A DNA stretch of 64,000 nucleotides from Eledone cirrhosa (taxonomy: Eukaryota). The notes under the pieces were generated by a model. The model did not search any database and was not told the DNA's origin. It saw only the letters and a list, made by a program, of their open reading frames with translations. The stretch is from contig OZ024740.1 in NCBI GenBank assembly GCA_964016885.1, forward strand, positions 214,086,001 through 214,150,000, read 5' to 3'. Positions within the stretch are counted from its first letter, which is position 1. Each line of letters starts with the position of its first letter. Shown here in pieces: positions 24,201 to 38,800 of this stretch. The position numbers and the translations under genes are program-made.

Positions 24201-26358
24201 GATCTAGTCAACAGTATATAGTGGAAGTTAAAGGGGTGATCTAGTCAACAGTATATAGTGGAAATTAAAGGGGGGGTCTAGTCAATAGTATATAGTGGAA
24301 ATTAAAGGGGGGGTCTAGTCAACAGTATATAGTGGAAATTAAAGGGGGATCTAGTCAACAGTATATAGTGGAAATTAAAGGGGGATCTAGTCAACAGTAT
24401 ATAGTGGAAATTAAAGGGGTGATCTAGTCAACAGTATATAGTGGAAATTAAAGGGGTGATCTACTCAACAGTATATAGTGGAAATTAAAGGGGTGATCTA
24501 GTCAACAGTATATAGTGGAAATTAAAGGGGGGATCTAGTCAACAATATATAGTGGAAATTAAAGGGGGATCTAGTCAACAGTACATAGTGGAAATTAAAG
24601 GGGTGATCTAGTCAACAGTATATAGTGGAAATTACAGGGGTGATCTAGTCAACAGTATATAGTGGAAATTAAAGGGGTGATCTAGTCAACAGTATATAGT
24701 GGAAATTAAAGGGGGGGTCTAGTCAACAGTATATAGTGGAAATTAAAGGGGGGATCTAGTCAACAGTATATAGTGGAAATTAAAGGTGTGATCTACTCAA
24801 CAGTATATAGTGGAAATTAAAGGGGTGATCTAGTCAACTGTATATAGTGGAAATTAAAGGGGGGATCTAGTCAACAGTATATAGTGGAAATTAAAGGGGG
24901 GATCTAGTCAACTGTATATAGTGGAAATTAAAGGGGGGATCTAGTCAACAGTATATAGTGGAAATTAAAGGGGGGATCTAGTCAACAGTATATAGTGGAA
25001 ATTAAAGGGGGGATCTAGTCAACTGTATATAGTGGAAATTAAAGGAGTGATGTCGTCAACAGTATATAGTGGAAATTAAAGGGGGGATCTAGTCAACAGT
25101 ATATAGTGGAAATTAAAGGGGGGAGTGATCTAGTCAACAGTATATAGTGGAAATTAAAGGAGTGATCTAGTCAACAGTATATAGTGGAAATGAAAGGGGG
25201 ATCTAGTCAACAGTATACAGTGGAAATTAAAGGGGGGATCTATTCAACATTATATAGTGGAAATTAAAGGGGGATCTAGTCAACAGTATATAGTGGAAAT
25301 TAAAGGGGGGATCTAGTCAACAGTATATAGTGGAAATTAAAGGGGGGATCTACTCAACAGTATATAGTGGAAATTAAAGGGGGGAGTGATCTAGTCAACA
25401 GTATATAGTGGAAATTAAAGGGGGGATCTAGTCAACAGTATACAGTGGAAATTAAAGGGGGGATCTAGTCAACAGTATATAGTGGAAATTAAAGGAGTGA
25501 TCTAGTCAACAGTATATAGTGGAAATTAAAGGAGTGATCTAGTCAACAGTATATAGTGGAAATTAAAGGTGTGATCTACTCAACAGTATATAGTGGAAAT
25601 TAAAGGAGTGATCTAGTCAACAGTATATAGTGGAAATTAAAGGGGGGATCTAGTCAACAGTATATAGTGGAAATTAAAGGTGTGATCTACTCAACAGTAT
25701 ATAGTGGAAATTAAAGGAGTGATGTCGTCAACAGTATATAGTGGAAATTAAAGGGGGGATCTAGTCAACAGTATATAGTGGAAATTAAAGGAGTGATGTC
25801 GTCAACAGTATATAGTGGAAATTAAAGGGGGGATCTAGTCAACAGTACATAGTGGAAATTAAAGGGGGGATCTAGTCAACAGTATATAGTGGAAATTAAA
25901 GGGGGGATCTAGTCAACAGTATATAGTGGAAATTAAAGGGGGGATCTAGTCAACAGTATATAGTGGAAATTAAAGGGGGGATCTAGTCAACTGTATATAG
26001 TGGAAATTAAAGGGGGGATCTAGTCAACAGTATATAGTGGAAATTAAAGGGGTGATCTAGTCAACAGTATATAGTGAAAATTAAACGGGTGATCTAGTCA
26101 ACAGTATATAGTGGAAATTAAAGGGAGGATCTAGTCAACTGTATATAGTGGAAATTAAAGGGGGGGATCTAGTCAACAGTATATAGTGGAAATTAAAGGG
26201 GGGGATCTAGTCAACTGTATATAGTGAACATTAAACGGGTGATCTAGTCAACAGTATATAGTGGAAATTAAAGGGGGATCTAGTCAACAGTATATAGTGG
26301 AAATTAAAGGGATGTTGTAGTCAACAGTATATAGTGGAAATTAAAGGGGGGATCTAGT
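21212..26358. repeat. 37-bp satellite (CAACAGTATATAGTGGAAATTAAAGGGGGGATCTAGT)n, about 139 copies
   Basis: caacag at 22322 and 22359 (period 37); head-to-tail with no spacers. Confidence 0.97.
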
Positions 26359-26804
26359 AAACTACTTCAAAATGACACTGTCTGTTGTTATTCACATTTT
26401 CTTAAACATAAAATTACCCCGTGGCAATGCTTCTCTCTCAGTATTCAGCTCACTTCTTTAAGTGCTATTTGAAGGAAGTGATGAGGGTTTCGCTGGAGAG
26501 TAAAAAGACCAGTTCTCATTTCCTTCAACTCTGACAACCCACTCCTTATGCAAAATCTAGGAACTCAACTTAGACTTAATGTTCAAAGACATGTGACATT
26601 TTAAAACAAAGGGATAGAGGTGCATCGCGCTTATTAACTTTACAAGCTTTTACACGATGTTTAGATAGAATCAGTCCATCTATCTCATCACTTTCTTCTG
26701 TATGTTTCTGACTATAAGGAAATATAAGGACAGGACAGGTGTTAGGGAAGAAATGTGGATTAGAACAGCAATGAGCAACATCGTTCAGATATGAGAGCAG
26801 TTTT

Positions 26805-29800
26805 ATATATAGTTGGTAACAGTAGTAATATAGAGTTAGTAACAGTAGTTATATAGAGTTGGTAACAGTAGGAATATAGAGCTAGTAACAGTAGTAATAT
26901 AGAGTTAGTAGCAGTAGTAATATAGAGTTAGTAGCAGTAGTAATATAGAGTTAGTAACAGTAGTAATATAGAGTTAGTAACAGTAGTTATATAGAGTTAG
27001 TAACGGTGGTAATATAGAGTTAGTAATAGTAGTAATATAGAGTTAGTAACATTAATAATATAGAGTTAGTAACAGTAGTTATATAGAGATAGTAACAATG
27101 GTAATATAGAGTTAGTAACAGTAGTAATATAGAGTTAGTAATAGTAGTAATATAGAGTTAGTAACATTAATAATATAGAGTTAGTAACAGTAGTTATATA
27201 GAGATAGTAACAATGGTAATATAGAGTTAGTAACAGTAGTAATATAGAGTTAGTAATAGTAGTAATATAGAGTTAGTAACAGTAATAATATAGAGTTAGT
27301 AACAGTAGTTATATAGAGATAGTAACAGTAGAAATATAGAGTTAGTAACAGTAGTTATATAGAGTTAGTAACAGTGGTAATATAGAGTTACTAACAGTAG
27401 TAATATAGAGTTAGTAATAGTAGTAATATAGAGTTAGTAACAGTAGTAATATAGAGTTAGTAACAGTAGTTATATAGAGATAGTAACAGTGGTAAAATAG
27501 AGTTAGTAACAGTGGTAATATAAAGTTAGTAACAGTAGTAATATAGAGCTAGTAATAGTAGTAATATAGAGTTAGTAACAGTAGTAATATAGAGTTAGTA
27601 ACCGTGATAATATAGAGATAGTAACAGTGGTAATATAGAGTTAGTAACAGTAGTAATATAAAGTTAGTAACAGTAGTAATATAGAGTTAGTAATAGTAGT
27701 AATATAGAGTTAGTAACAGTAGTTATAGAGTTAGTAACAGTAGTAATATAGAGTTAGTAACAGTAGTAATATAGAGTTAGTAACAGTAGTTATATAGAGT
27801 TAGTAACAGTGGTAATATAGAGTTAGTAACAGTAGTAATACAGAGTAAGTAAGAGTAGTAAGATAGTTAGTAACAGTAGTTATATATAGTTAGTAACAGT
27901 AGTAATATAGAGTTGGAAACAGGAGTAATATAGTTACTAACAGTAGTTATATACTGTTAGTAACAGTAGAAATATAGAGTTAGTAACAGTAGTTATATAG
28001 AGTTAGTAACAGTTGTTATATAGAGTTAGTAACAGTACTAATATAGAGTTAGTAACAGTAGTTATATAGAGTTAGTAAGAGTAGCTATATAGGGTTGTTA
28101 ACAGTAGTAATATAGAGTTAGTAACAGTAATAATATAGAGTTAGAAACAGTAGTAATATTGAGTTAGTAAAAGTAGTTATATATAGTCAGTAACAATAGT
28201 TATATAGAGTTAGTAAATGTAGCTATATAGTTAGTAACCGTACTAATATAGAGTTAGTAACAGGAGTTATATTTAGTTAGTAACAGTAGTAATATAATTA
28301 GTAAAGTAGTTATATAGTGTTAGTAACAGTGGTAATATAGAGCTAGTAAGAATAGTAATATAGAATTAGTAACAGTAGTTATAAAGAGATAGTAACAGTA
28401 GTAATATAGTTAGTAACAGTAGTTATATGGAGTTAGTAGCAGTAGTTATATAGAGTGAGTAACAGTAGTTATATAGAGTTAGTAACAGTAGTAATATAGA
28501 GTTTGTAACAGTAGTAAGTAATATAGTTAGTAACAGCAGTTATATAGAGTTATTATCAGTAGTTATATAGAGTTAGTAACAGTAGTTATATAGAGTTATT
28601 AACAGTAGTTATATAGAGTGAGTAACAGGAGTTATAGAGAGTTAGAAACAGTAGTAATATAGTTACTAACAGTATTATATAGTGTTAGTAACAGTAGTAA
28701 TATACAGTTAGTAACAGTAGTTATGTAGAGTTAGTAACAGTTGTTATATAGAGTTAGTAACAGTACTAATATAGAGTTAGTAACAGTAGTTATATAGAGT
28801 TAGTAAGAGTAGTAATATAGAGTTTGTAACAGTAGTAAGTAATATAGTTAGTAACAGCAGTTATATAGAGTTATTATCAGTAGTTATATAGAGTTAGTAA
28901 CAGTAGTTATATAGAGTTAGTAACAATAGTAATATAGAGTTAGTAACAGTAGTTCTATAGAGTTAGAAACATTAGTAATATAGTTACTAACAGTATTATA
29001 TAGTGTTAGTAACAGTAGTAATATACAGTTAGTAACAGTAGTTATGTAGAGTTAGTAACAGTTGTTATATAGAGTTAGTAACAGTACTAATATAGAGTTA
29101 GTAACAGTAGTTATATAGAGTTAGTAACAGTAGTAATATAGAGTTTGTAACAGTAGTAATATAGAGTTAGTAACAGTAGTAATATAGAGTGAGTTACAGT
29201 AGTAATATCGAGTTAGTAACAGTAGTTATATAGTGTTAGTAACAGTAGTTATATAGAGTTAGTAACAGTAGTAATATAGTTAGTAACAGTAGTTATATAG
29301 AGTTAGTAACAGTAGCTATATAGAGTTAGTACCAGTAGTTATATAGCGTTAATAACAGTGGTTATATATAGTTAGTAACACTAGTAATATAGAGTTACTA
29401 ACAGTAATTATATAGTTAGTAACAGTAGTTATATAGATTAGTAAAAGTAGTTATATAGAGTTAGTAACAGTAGTTATATAGAGTGAGTAACAATAGTTAT
29501 ATAGAGTTAGTAACAGTAGTAATATAGAGTTAGTAATAGTAATTATGTAGTTAGTAACAGTAGTTTTATAGAGTTATTAACAGTAGTTACATAGAGTTAG
29601 TAACAGTAGTTATATAGAGTTAGTAACTGTAGTTATATATTGTTAGTAACAGTAGTTATATAGAGTTAGTACGAGTAGTTATGTAGCGTTAGCAACAGTA
29701 GTAATATAGAGTTAGTAACAGATGTTATATATAGTTAGTAACAGAATTAATATAGAGTTAGTAACAGTAGTAATATAGAGTTAGTAACAGTAGTAATATA

Positions 29801-32800
29801 GTTAGTAACAGTAGTAATATAGAATAAGTAACAGTGGTAATATAGAGTTAGTAACAGTAGTTATATATAGTGTTAGTAATAGTAGTAATATAGAATTAGT
29901 AACCTTTATAATATACAGTTAGTAACAGTAGTAATATAGAGTTAGTAACTGTGGTAATATATAGTTAGTAACAGTAGTTATATTGAGTTGGTAACAGTAG
30001 TAATATAGAGTTAGCAACATTAGTAACATAGAGTTAGTAACAGTAGTAATATAGAGTTAGTAACAGTAGCTATATTGAGTTAGTACCAGTAGTTATATAG
30101 CGTTATTAACAGTGGTTATATATAGTTAGTAACAGTAGTAATATTGAGTTAGTAACATTAGCTATATAGAGTTCGTACCAGTAGTTATATAGCGTTAGTA
30201 ACAGTGGTTATATATGGTTAGTAACAGTAGTAATATAGAGTTAGTAACAGTAGTAATATAGAGTTCGCAAAAGTTATATATAGTTAGTAACAGTAGTAAT
30301 ATAGAGTTAGTAACGGTGGTAATATATAGTTAGTAACAGTAGCTATATATAGCGTTAGTAACAGTGGTTATATATGGTTAGTAACAGTAGTAATATAGAG
30401 TTAGTAGCAGTAGTAATATAGAGTTAGTAACAGTAGTAATATAGAGTTAGTAACAGTAGTTATATAGTGTTAGTAAAAGTAGTAATATCCAGTTAGTAAC
30501 TGTAGTTATATAGAGTTAGTAACAGTAGTAATATAGAGTTAGTAACAGTAGTAATATAGAGTTAGTAACAGTGGTAATATAGAGTTAGTATCATTAGTAA
30601 TTTATAGTTAGTATGTGTGGTCATATATAGTTAGTAACAGTAGTAATATAGATTTAGTAACCGTAGTTATATAGAGTTAGTAACAGTAGTAATATAGAGT
30701 TAGTAACGGTAGTAATATAGAGTTAGTAACAGTAGCTATATAAAGTTAGTACAAACAGTTATATAGCGTTAGTAACAGTGGTTATATATAGTTAGTAACA
30801 GTAGTAATATAGAGTTAGTAACAGTAGTAATACAGAATTCTTAAAAGTAGTTATATATAGTCAGTAACAGTAGCTATATAGTTAGTAACAGTAGTAATAT
30901 AGAGTTAGTAACATTGGTAATATATAGTTAGTAACAGTAGTTATATAGAGTTAGTAACTGTAGTTATATAGTTAGTAACAGTAGTTATATATAGTTAGTA
31001 ACAGTGGTAATATAGTGTTAGTAACATTAGTTATTTATAGTTAGTAAGTGTTGTAATATATAGTTAGTAACTGTAGTAATATAGATTTAGTAACAGTAGT
31101 TATATAGAGTTAGTAACAGTAGCTATATAGGGCTGTTAACAGTAGTAATATAGAGTTGGTAACAGTAATAATATAGAGTTAGAAACAGTAGTAATATAGA
31201 GTTGGTAAACGTAGTTATATATAGTCAGTAACAGTAGTTATATATAGTTAGTAAATGTAGCTATATAGTTAATAACAGTACTAATATAGAGTTAGTAACA
31301 GTAGTTATATTTAGTTATTAACAGTAGTAATATAATTAGTAAAGTAGTTATATAGTGTTAGTAACAGTGGTAATATAGAGCTAGTAAGAATAGTAATATA
31401 GAATTAATAACAGTAGTTATAAAGAGATAGTATCAGTAGTAATATAGTTAGTAACAGTAGTTATATAGAGTGAGTAACAGTAGTTATATAGAGTTAGTTA
31501 CAGCAGTAATATAGAGTTTGTAACAGTAGTAAGTAATATAGTTAGTAACAGCAGTTATATAGAGTTATTATCAGTAGTTATATAGAGTTAGTAACAGTAG
31601 TAATATAGAGTTATTAACAGTAGTTATATAGAGTGAGTAACTGGAGTTACAAAGAGTTAGTAACAGTGATAATATAGAGTAGGTAAGATTAATAAGATAG
31701 TTAGTAACAGTAGTAATATAGATTAAGTAACAGTGGTAATATAGAGGTAGTAGCAGTACTAATATTGAGTTAGCAACAGTAGTAATATAGTGTTAGTAAC
31801 GGTAGTTATACATAGTATTAGTAATAGTAGTAATATAGAGTTAGTGACAGTAGTAATATAGAGTAAGTAAAGGTAGTAAGATATAGAGTTAGTAATATTA
31901 GTTATATAGTTAGTAACAATAGTTATTTATAGTTAGTAACAGTCGTTATGTAGTTAATAACAGAAGTTATATATAGTTAGTAACATTGGAAATATAGAGT
32001 TAGTAACATTAGTAATTTATAGTTAGTAAGTGTGGTAATATATAGTTAGTAAAAGTTGTAATATAGAGTTAGTAACAATAGCTATATAGAGTTCGTAAAA
32101 GTAGTTATATATAGTCAGTAACAGTAGCTATATAGTTAGTAACAGTAGTAATATAGAGTTAATAACAGTAGTTATATTTAGTTAGTAACAGTAGTAATAT
32201 AGTTAGTAACAGTAGTTATATAGAGTTAGTAACAGATGTTATATAGAGTTATTAACAGTAATAATATAGAGTTAGTAACAGTAGTCATATAGAGTTAGTA
32301 ACAGTAGTAATATAAAGTTAGTAACAGTAGTTATATATAGTTAGTAAGTGTGGCAATATATAGTTAGTAACAGTGTAATATAAATTTAGTAACAGTAGTT
32401 ATATAGAGGTAGTAAAGGTAGATATATAGTTAGTAACAGTAGTAATAAAGTTAATAACAGTAGTCATATAGAGTTAGTAACAGTAGTAATATAGAGCTAG
32501 TAACAGTAGCTATATAGAGTTAGTAATAGTAGTAATATAGAATTAGTGACATTTATATTATAGAGTTAGTAACAGTAGTAATTTAAAGTTAGAATTAGAG
32601 GTAATATATAGTTAGTAATAGTAGTTATATTGAGTTGGTAACAGTAGTAATATAGAGTTAGAAACAGTAGTAATATAGAGTTAGTGACATTGGTAATTTA
32701 TAGTTAGTAAGTGTGGTAATATATAGTTAGTAACAGTGGTAATATAGAGTTAGTAACAGTAGTCATATAGAGTTAGTAACAGTAGTAATATAGAGTTAGT

Positions 32801-35800
32801 AAGAGTAGTAATATAGAATTAGTAACAGTAGTTATATAGAGTTAGTAACAGTAGTTATATAGAATTAGTAACAGTAGTGATATAGAGTTAGTAACAATAG
32901 TTATATATAGTTAGTAAGAGTAGTTATATAGAGTTAGTAAGAGGAGTTATATAGAGGTAGCAACAGTAGTAATATTGAGTTAGTAACAGTAGTAATATAG
33001 TTAGTAACAGTAGTTATATAGAGTTATTAGCAGTAGTTATATAGAATTAGTAACAGTAGTTATATAGAGTTAGTAACAGTAGTTACATAGAGTTAGTAAG
33101 AGTAGTTATATAGAGTTAGTAAGGGAAGTTATATAGAGTTAGCAACAGTAGTAATATAGAGATAGTAACAGTAGTAATATAGTTAGTAACAGTAGTAATA
33201 GAGAACAAGTAACAGTGGTAATATACAGTTAGTAGCAGTACTAATATAGAATTAACAACAGTAGTAATATAGTGTTAGTAACAGTAGTTATATAAAGTGT
33301 TAGTAATAGTAGTAATATAGAATTAATGACCTTTATAATATACAGTTAGTAACAGTAGTAATATAGAGTTAGTAACAGTGGTAATATATAGTTCGTAACA
33401 GTAGTTATATTGAGTTGGTAACAGTAGTAATATAGAGTTAGCAACATTAGTAATATAGAGTTAGTAACAGTAGTTATATATAGTTAGTAAGTGTGGTAAT
33501 ATGTAGTTAGTAACAGTAGTAATATAGATTTAGTAACAGTAGTTATATAGAGTTAATAACAGTAGCTATATAGAGTTATTACCAGTAGTTATATAGAATT
33601 AGTAACAGTAGTTATATAGAGTTATTAACAGTAGTTATATACAGTGAGTAACAGGAGTTAGAGAGAGCTAGTAACAGTAGTAATATAGAGTTAGTAACAG
33701 TAGTAATATAGAGTTAGTAACACTAGCTATATAGAGTTAGTAACATTAGTAATATAGAGTTAGTAACAATAGTCATATAGAGTTAGTAACAGTAGTAATA
33801 TATAGAGTTAGTAATAGTAGTTTATATTGTTAGTAACGATAGTTATATATAGTTAGTAACAGTAGTTATATAGTTATTAACAGTAGTTATATATAGTTAG
33901 TAACAGTAGCTATATAGTTAGTAACAATAGTAATATAGAGTTAGTAACAGTGGTAATATACAGTTAGTAACAGTAGTTATATAGAGTTAGTAACTGTAGT
34001 TATATAGTTAGTAACAGTAGTTTTATATAATTAGTAACGGTGGTAATATAGAGTTAATAACATTAGTAATTTACAGTTAGTAAGCGTGGTAATATATAGT
34101 TAGTAACAGTAGTAATATAGATTTAGTAACAGTAGTTATAAAGAGTTAGTAAGAGTAGCTATATAGGGTCACTACCAGTAGTTATATATAGTTAGTAACA
34201 GTAGTAATATAGAGTTAGAAACAGTAGTAATATAGAGATGGTAAAAGTAGTTATATATAGTCAGTAACAGTAGTTATATAGAGTTAGTAAATGTAGGTAT
34301 ATAGTTAGTAACAGTACTAATATAGAGTTAGTAACAGTAGTTATATTTAGTTAGTAACAGTAGTAATATAATTACTAAAGTAGTTATATAGTGTTAGTAA
34401 CAGTGGTAATATAGAGCTAGTAAGAATAGTAATATAGAATTAGTAACAGTAGTTATAACGTGATAGTAACAGTAGTAATATAGTTAGTAAAAGTAGTTAT
34501 ATGGAGTTAGTAGCAGTAGTTATATCGAGTGAGTAACAGTAGTTATATAGAGTTAGTAACAGTAGTAATATAGAGTTAGTAACAGTAGTAAGTAATATAG
34601 TTAGTAACAGCAGTTATATAGAGTTATTATCAGTAGTTATATAGAGTTAGTAACAGTAGTTATATAGAGATATTAACAGTAGTTATATAGAGTGAGTAAC
34701 AGGAGTTACAGAGAGTTAGTAACAGTGATAATATAGAGTAGGTAAGATTAATAATATAGTTAGTAACAGTAGTAATATAGATTATGTAACGGTGGTAATA
34801 TAGAGTTAGTAGCAGTACTAATATAGAGTTAGCAACAGTAGTAATATAGTGTTAGTAACATTAGTTATATATAGTGTTAGTAATAGTAGTAATATAGAGT
34901 TAGTAACACTAGTAATATAGAGTAAGTAAAGGTAGTTATATATAGTCAGTAACAGATGTTATATAGAGTTAGTATCAGTAGTGATATAGAGTTAGTAACA
35001 GTAGTAAGATATAGAGATAGTAATATCAGTTATATAGTTAGTAACAATAGTTATTTATAGTTAGTAACAGTAGTTATATAGTTAATAACAGAAGTTTTAT
35101 ATATAGTTAGTAACAGTGGAAATATAGAGTTAGTAACATTAGTAATTTATAGTTAGTAAGTGTGGTAATATATAGTTACTAACAGTAGTAATATAGAGTA
35201 AGTAAAGGTAGTTATATATTGTTATTAACAGTAGTTATATATAGTTAGTATCAGTAGTTATATAGAGTTAGTAACAGTAGTAATATATAGTTAGTAACAG
35301 TAGTAATATAGAGTTAGTAACACTAGCTATATAAAGTTAGTACCAGCAGTTATATTGCGTTAGTAACAGTGGTTATATATAGTTAGTAACAGTAGTAATA
35401 TAGAGTTAGTAACAGTAGTAATATAGAGTTAGTAAGAGTAGTTATATAGAGTTCGCAACAGTATAGAGTTAGTAACAGATGTTATATATAGTTAGTAACA
35501 GAAGTAATATAGAGTTAGTAACAGTAGTAATATAGGGTTGTTGACAGTAGTAATATAGAGTTGGTAACAGTAGTAATATAGAGTTAGAAACAGTAGTAAT
35601 ATAGAGTTAGTAACAGTAGCTATATAGAGTTACTACCAGTAGTTATATATAGTTAGTAACAGTAGTAATATAGAGTTAGAAACAGTAGGAATATAGAGTT
35701 GGTAAAAGTAGTTATATATAGTCAGTAACAGTAGTTATATAGAGTTAGTAAATGTAGCTATATAGTTAGTAACAATAGTAATATAGAGTTATTAACAGTA

Positions 35801-38800
35801 GTTATATTTAGTTAGTAACAGTAGTAATATAGTTAGTAAAGTAGTTATATAGTGTTAGTAACAGTGGTAATATAGAGTTAGTAAGAATAGTAATATAGAA
35901 TTAGTAACAGTAGTTATAGATAGATAGTAACAGTAGTAATATAGTTAGTAACAGTAGTTATATGGAGTTAGTAACAGTAGTTATATAGAGTGAGTAAGAG
36001 TAGTTATATAGAGTTAGTAACAGTAGTAATATAGAGTTAGTAACAGTAGTAAGTAATATAGTTAGTAACAGCAGTTATATAGAGTTATTATCAGTAGTTA
36101 TATAGAGTTAGTAACTGTAGTTATATAGAGTTATCAACAGTAGTTATATAGAGTGAGTAACAGGAGTTATAGAGAGTTAGTAACAGTGATAATATAGAGT
36201 TAGTAAGATTAATAATATAGTTAGTAACAGTAGTAATATAGATTAAGTATCAGTGGTAATATAGATTTAGTAGCAGTACTAATATAGAGTTAGCAACAGT
36301 AGTAATATAGTGTTAGTAACAGTCGTAACATATAGTGTTAGTAATAGGAGTAATATAGAGTTAGTAACAGTAGTAATATAGAGTAAGTAAAGGTAGTTAT
36401 ATATAGTTATTAACAGTAGTTATATATAGTTAGTAACAGTAGTTATATAGAGTTAGTAACAGTAGTCATATAGAGCTTGTAACAGTAGAAATATAGAGTT
36501 AGTAACAGTGGTAATGTAGATTTAGTAAGAGTAGTAATATAGAATTAGAAACAGTAGTTATATAGAGTTAGTAACAGTAGTAATATAGTTAGTAACAGTA
36601 GTTATGTAGAGTTAGTAACACTATTTATATAGAGCTAGTAACAGTGGTTACATAGAGTTAGTAACATTAGTTATATCGAGTGAGTAACAGTAGTTATATG
36701 GAGTTAGTAACAGTAGTAATATAGAGTTAGTAACAGTAGTATTATAGTTAGTAACAGTAGTTATATAGAGTTACTAACAGAAGTAATATTGTGTTAGTAA
36801 CAGTCGTTATATATAGTTAGTAACAGTGGTAATATAGAGTTAGTAACAGTAGTAATATAGAGTTAGTAACAGGAGTAATATAGAGTTATTAACAGTAGTA
36901 ATGTAGAGTTAGTAACACTAGTAATATAGAGTTAGTAACAACAGTAATATTGAGTTAGTAACATTAGCTATATAGAGTTCGTACCAGTAGTTACATAGCG
37001 TTAGTAACAGTGGTTATATATAGTTACTAACAGTAGTAATATAGAGTTAGTAACAATAGTAATATAGAGTTCGCAAAAGTAGTTATATATAGTGAGTAAC
37101 AGTAGTTTATATAGAGTTAGTAACGGTGGTAATATATTGTTAGTAACAGTAGTTATATATAGTTTAGTAACAGTAGTAATATAGAGTTAGTAGAAGTAGT
37201 AATATATAGTTAGTAACAGTAGTAATATAGAGTTAGTAACAGTAGTTATATAGTGTTAGTAACAGTAGTAATATCCAGTTAGTAACTGTAGTTATATAGA
37301 GTTAGTAACAGTAGTAATATAGAGTTAGTAACAGTGGTAATATGTAATTAGTATTATAGTGATTTATAGTTGTATGTGTGGTAATATATAGTTTAAAACA
37401 GTGGTAATATAGATTTAGTAACCGTAATTATATAGAGTTAGTAACAGTAGTAATATAGAGTTAGTAACAGTAGTAATATAGAGTTAGTAACAGTAGCTAT
37501 ATAAAGTTAGTAACAGTAGTAATATAGAGTTAGTAACAGTGGTAATATATAGTTAGTAACAGTAGTTATATAGAGTTAGTAACTGTAGTTATATAGTTAG
37601 AAACAGTAGTTTTATATAGTTAGTAACAGTGGTAATATAGAGTTAGTAACATTAGTAATTTATAGTTAGTAAGTGTGGTAATATATAGTTAGTAACTGTA
37701 GTAATATAGATTTAGTAACAGTAGTTATATAGAGTTAGTAACATTAGCTATATAGGGTTGTTAACAGTAGTAATATAGAGTTAGTAACAGTAGCTATATA
37801 GAGTTACTAAAAGTAGTTATATATAGTTAGTAACAGTAGTAATATAGAGTGAGAAACAGTAGTAACATAGAGTTGGTAAAAGTAGTTATATATAGTCAGT
37901 AACAGTAGTTATATAGATTTAGTAAATGTAGCTATATAGTTAGTAACAGTAGTAACATAGAGTTAGTAACAGTAGTTATATTTAGTTAGTAACAGTAGTA
38001 ATATAGTTAGTAAAGTAATTATACAGTGTTAGTAACAGTGGTAATATAGAGTTAGTAAGAATAGTAATATAGAATTAGTAACAGTAGTTATAAAGAGATA
38101 GTAACAGTAGTAATATAGTTAGTAACAGTAGTTATATGGAGTTAGTAACAGTAGTTATATAGAGTGAGTAACAGTAGTTATATAGAGTTAGTAACAGCAG
38201 TAATATAGAGTTAGTAACAGTAGTAAGTAATATAGTTAGTAACAGCAGTTATATAGTGTTATTATCAGTAGTTATATAGAGTTATTAACAGTAGTTATAT
38301 AGAGTTATTAACAGTAGTTATATAGAGTGAGTAACAGGAGTTACAGAGAGTAAGTAACAGTGATAATATAGAGTTAGTAAGATTAATAATATAGTTAGTA
38401 ACAGTAGTAATATAGATTAAGTAACAGTGGTAATATAGAGTTAGTAGCAGTACTAATATAGAGTTAGCAACAGTAGTAATATAGTGTTAGTAACAGTAGT
38501 AATATATAGTGTTAGTAATAGTAGTAATATAGAGTTAGTAACAGTAGTAATATAGAGTAAGAAAAGGTAGTTATATATAGTCAGTAACAGAAGTTATATA
38601 GAGTTAGTAACAGTATTAATATAGAGTTAGTAGCAGTAGTAAGATATAGAGTTAGTAATATTAGTTATATAGTGAGTAACAATAGCTATTTATAGTTAGT
38701 AACAGTAGTTATATAGTTCATAAGAATAGTTATATATAGTTAGTAACAGTGGAAATATAGAGTTAGTAACATTAGTAATTTATAGTTAGTAAGTGTGGTA

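Noticed and set aside
21212-26358. CRISPR-like 37-bp repeats
   Set aside because: Head-to-tail monomers with no unique spacers, no cas genes and a eukaryotic context.
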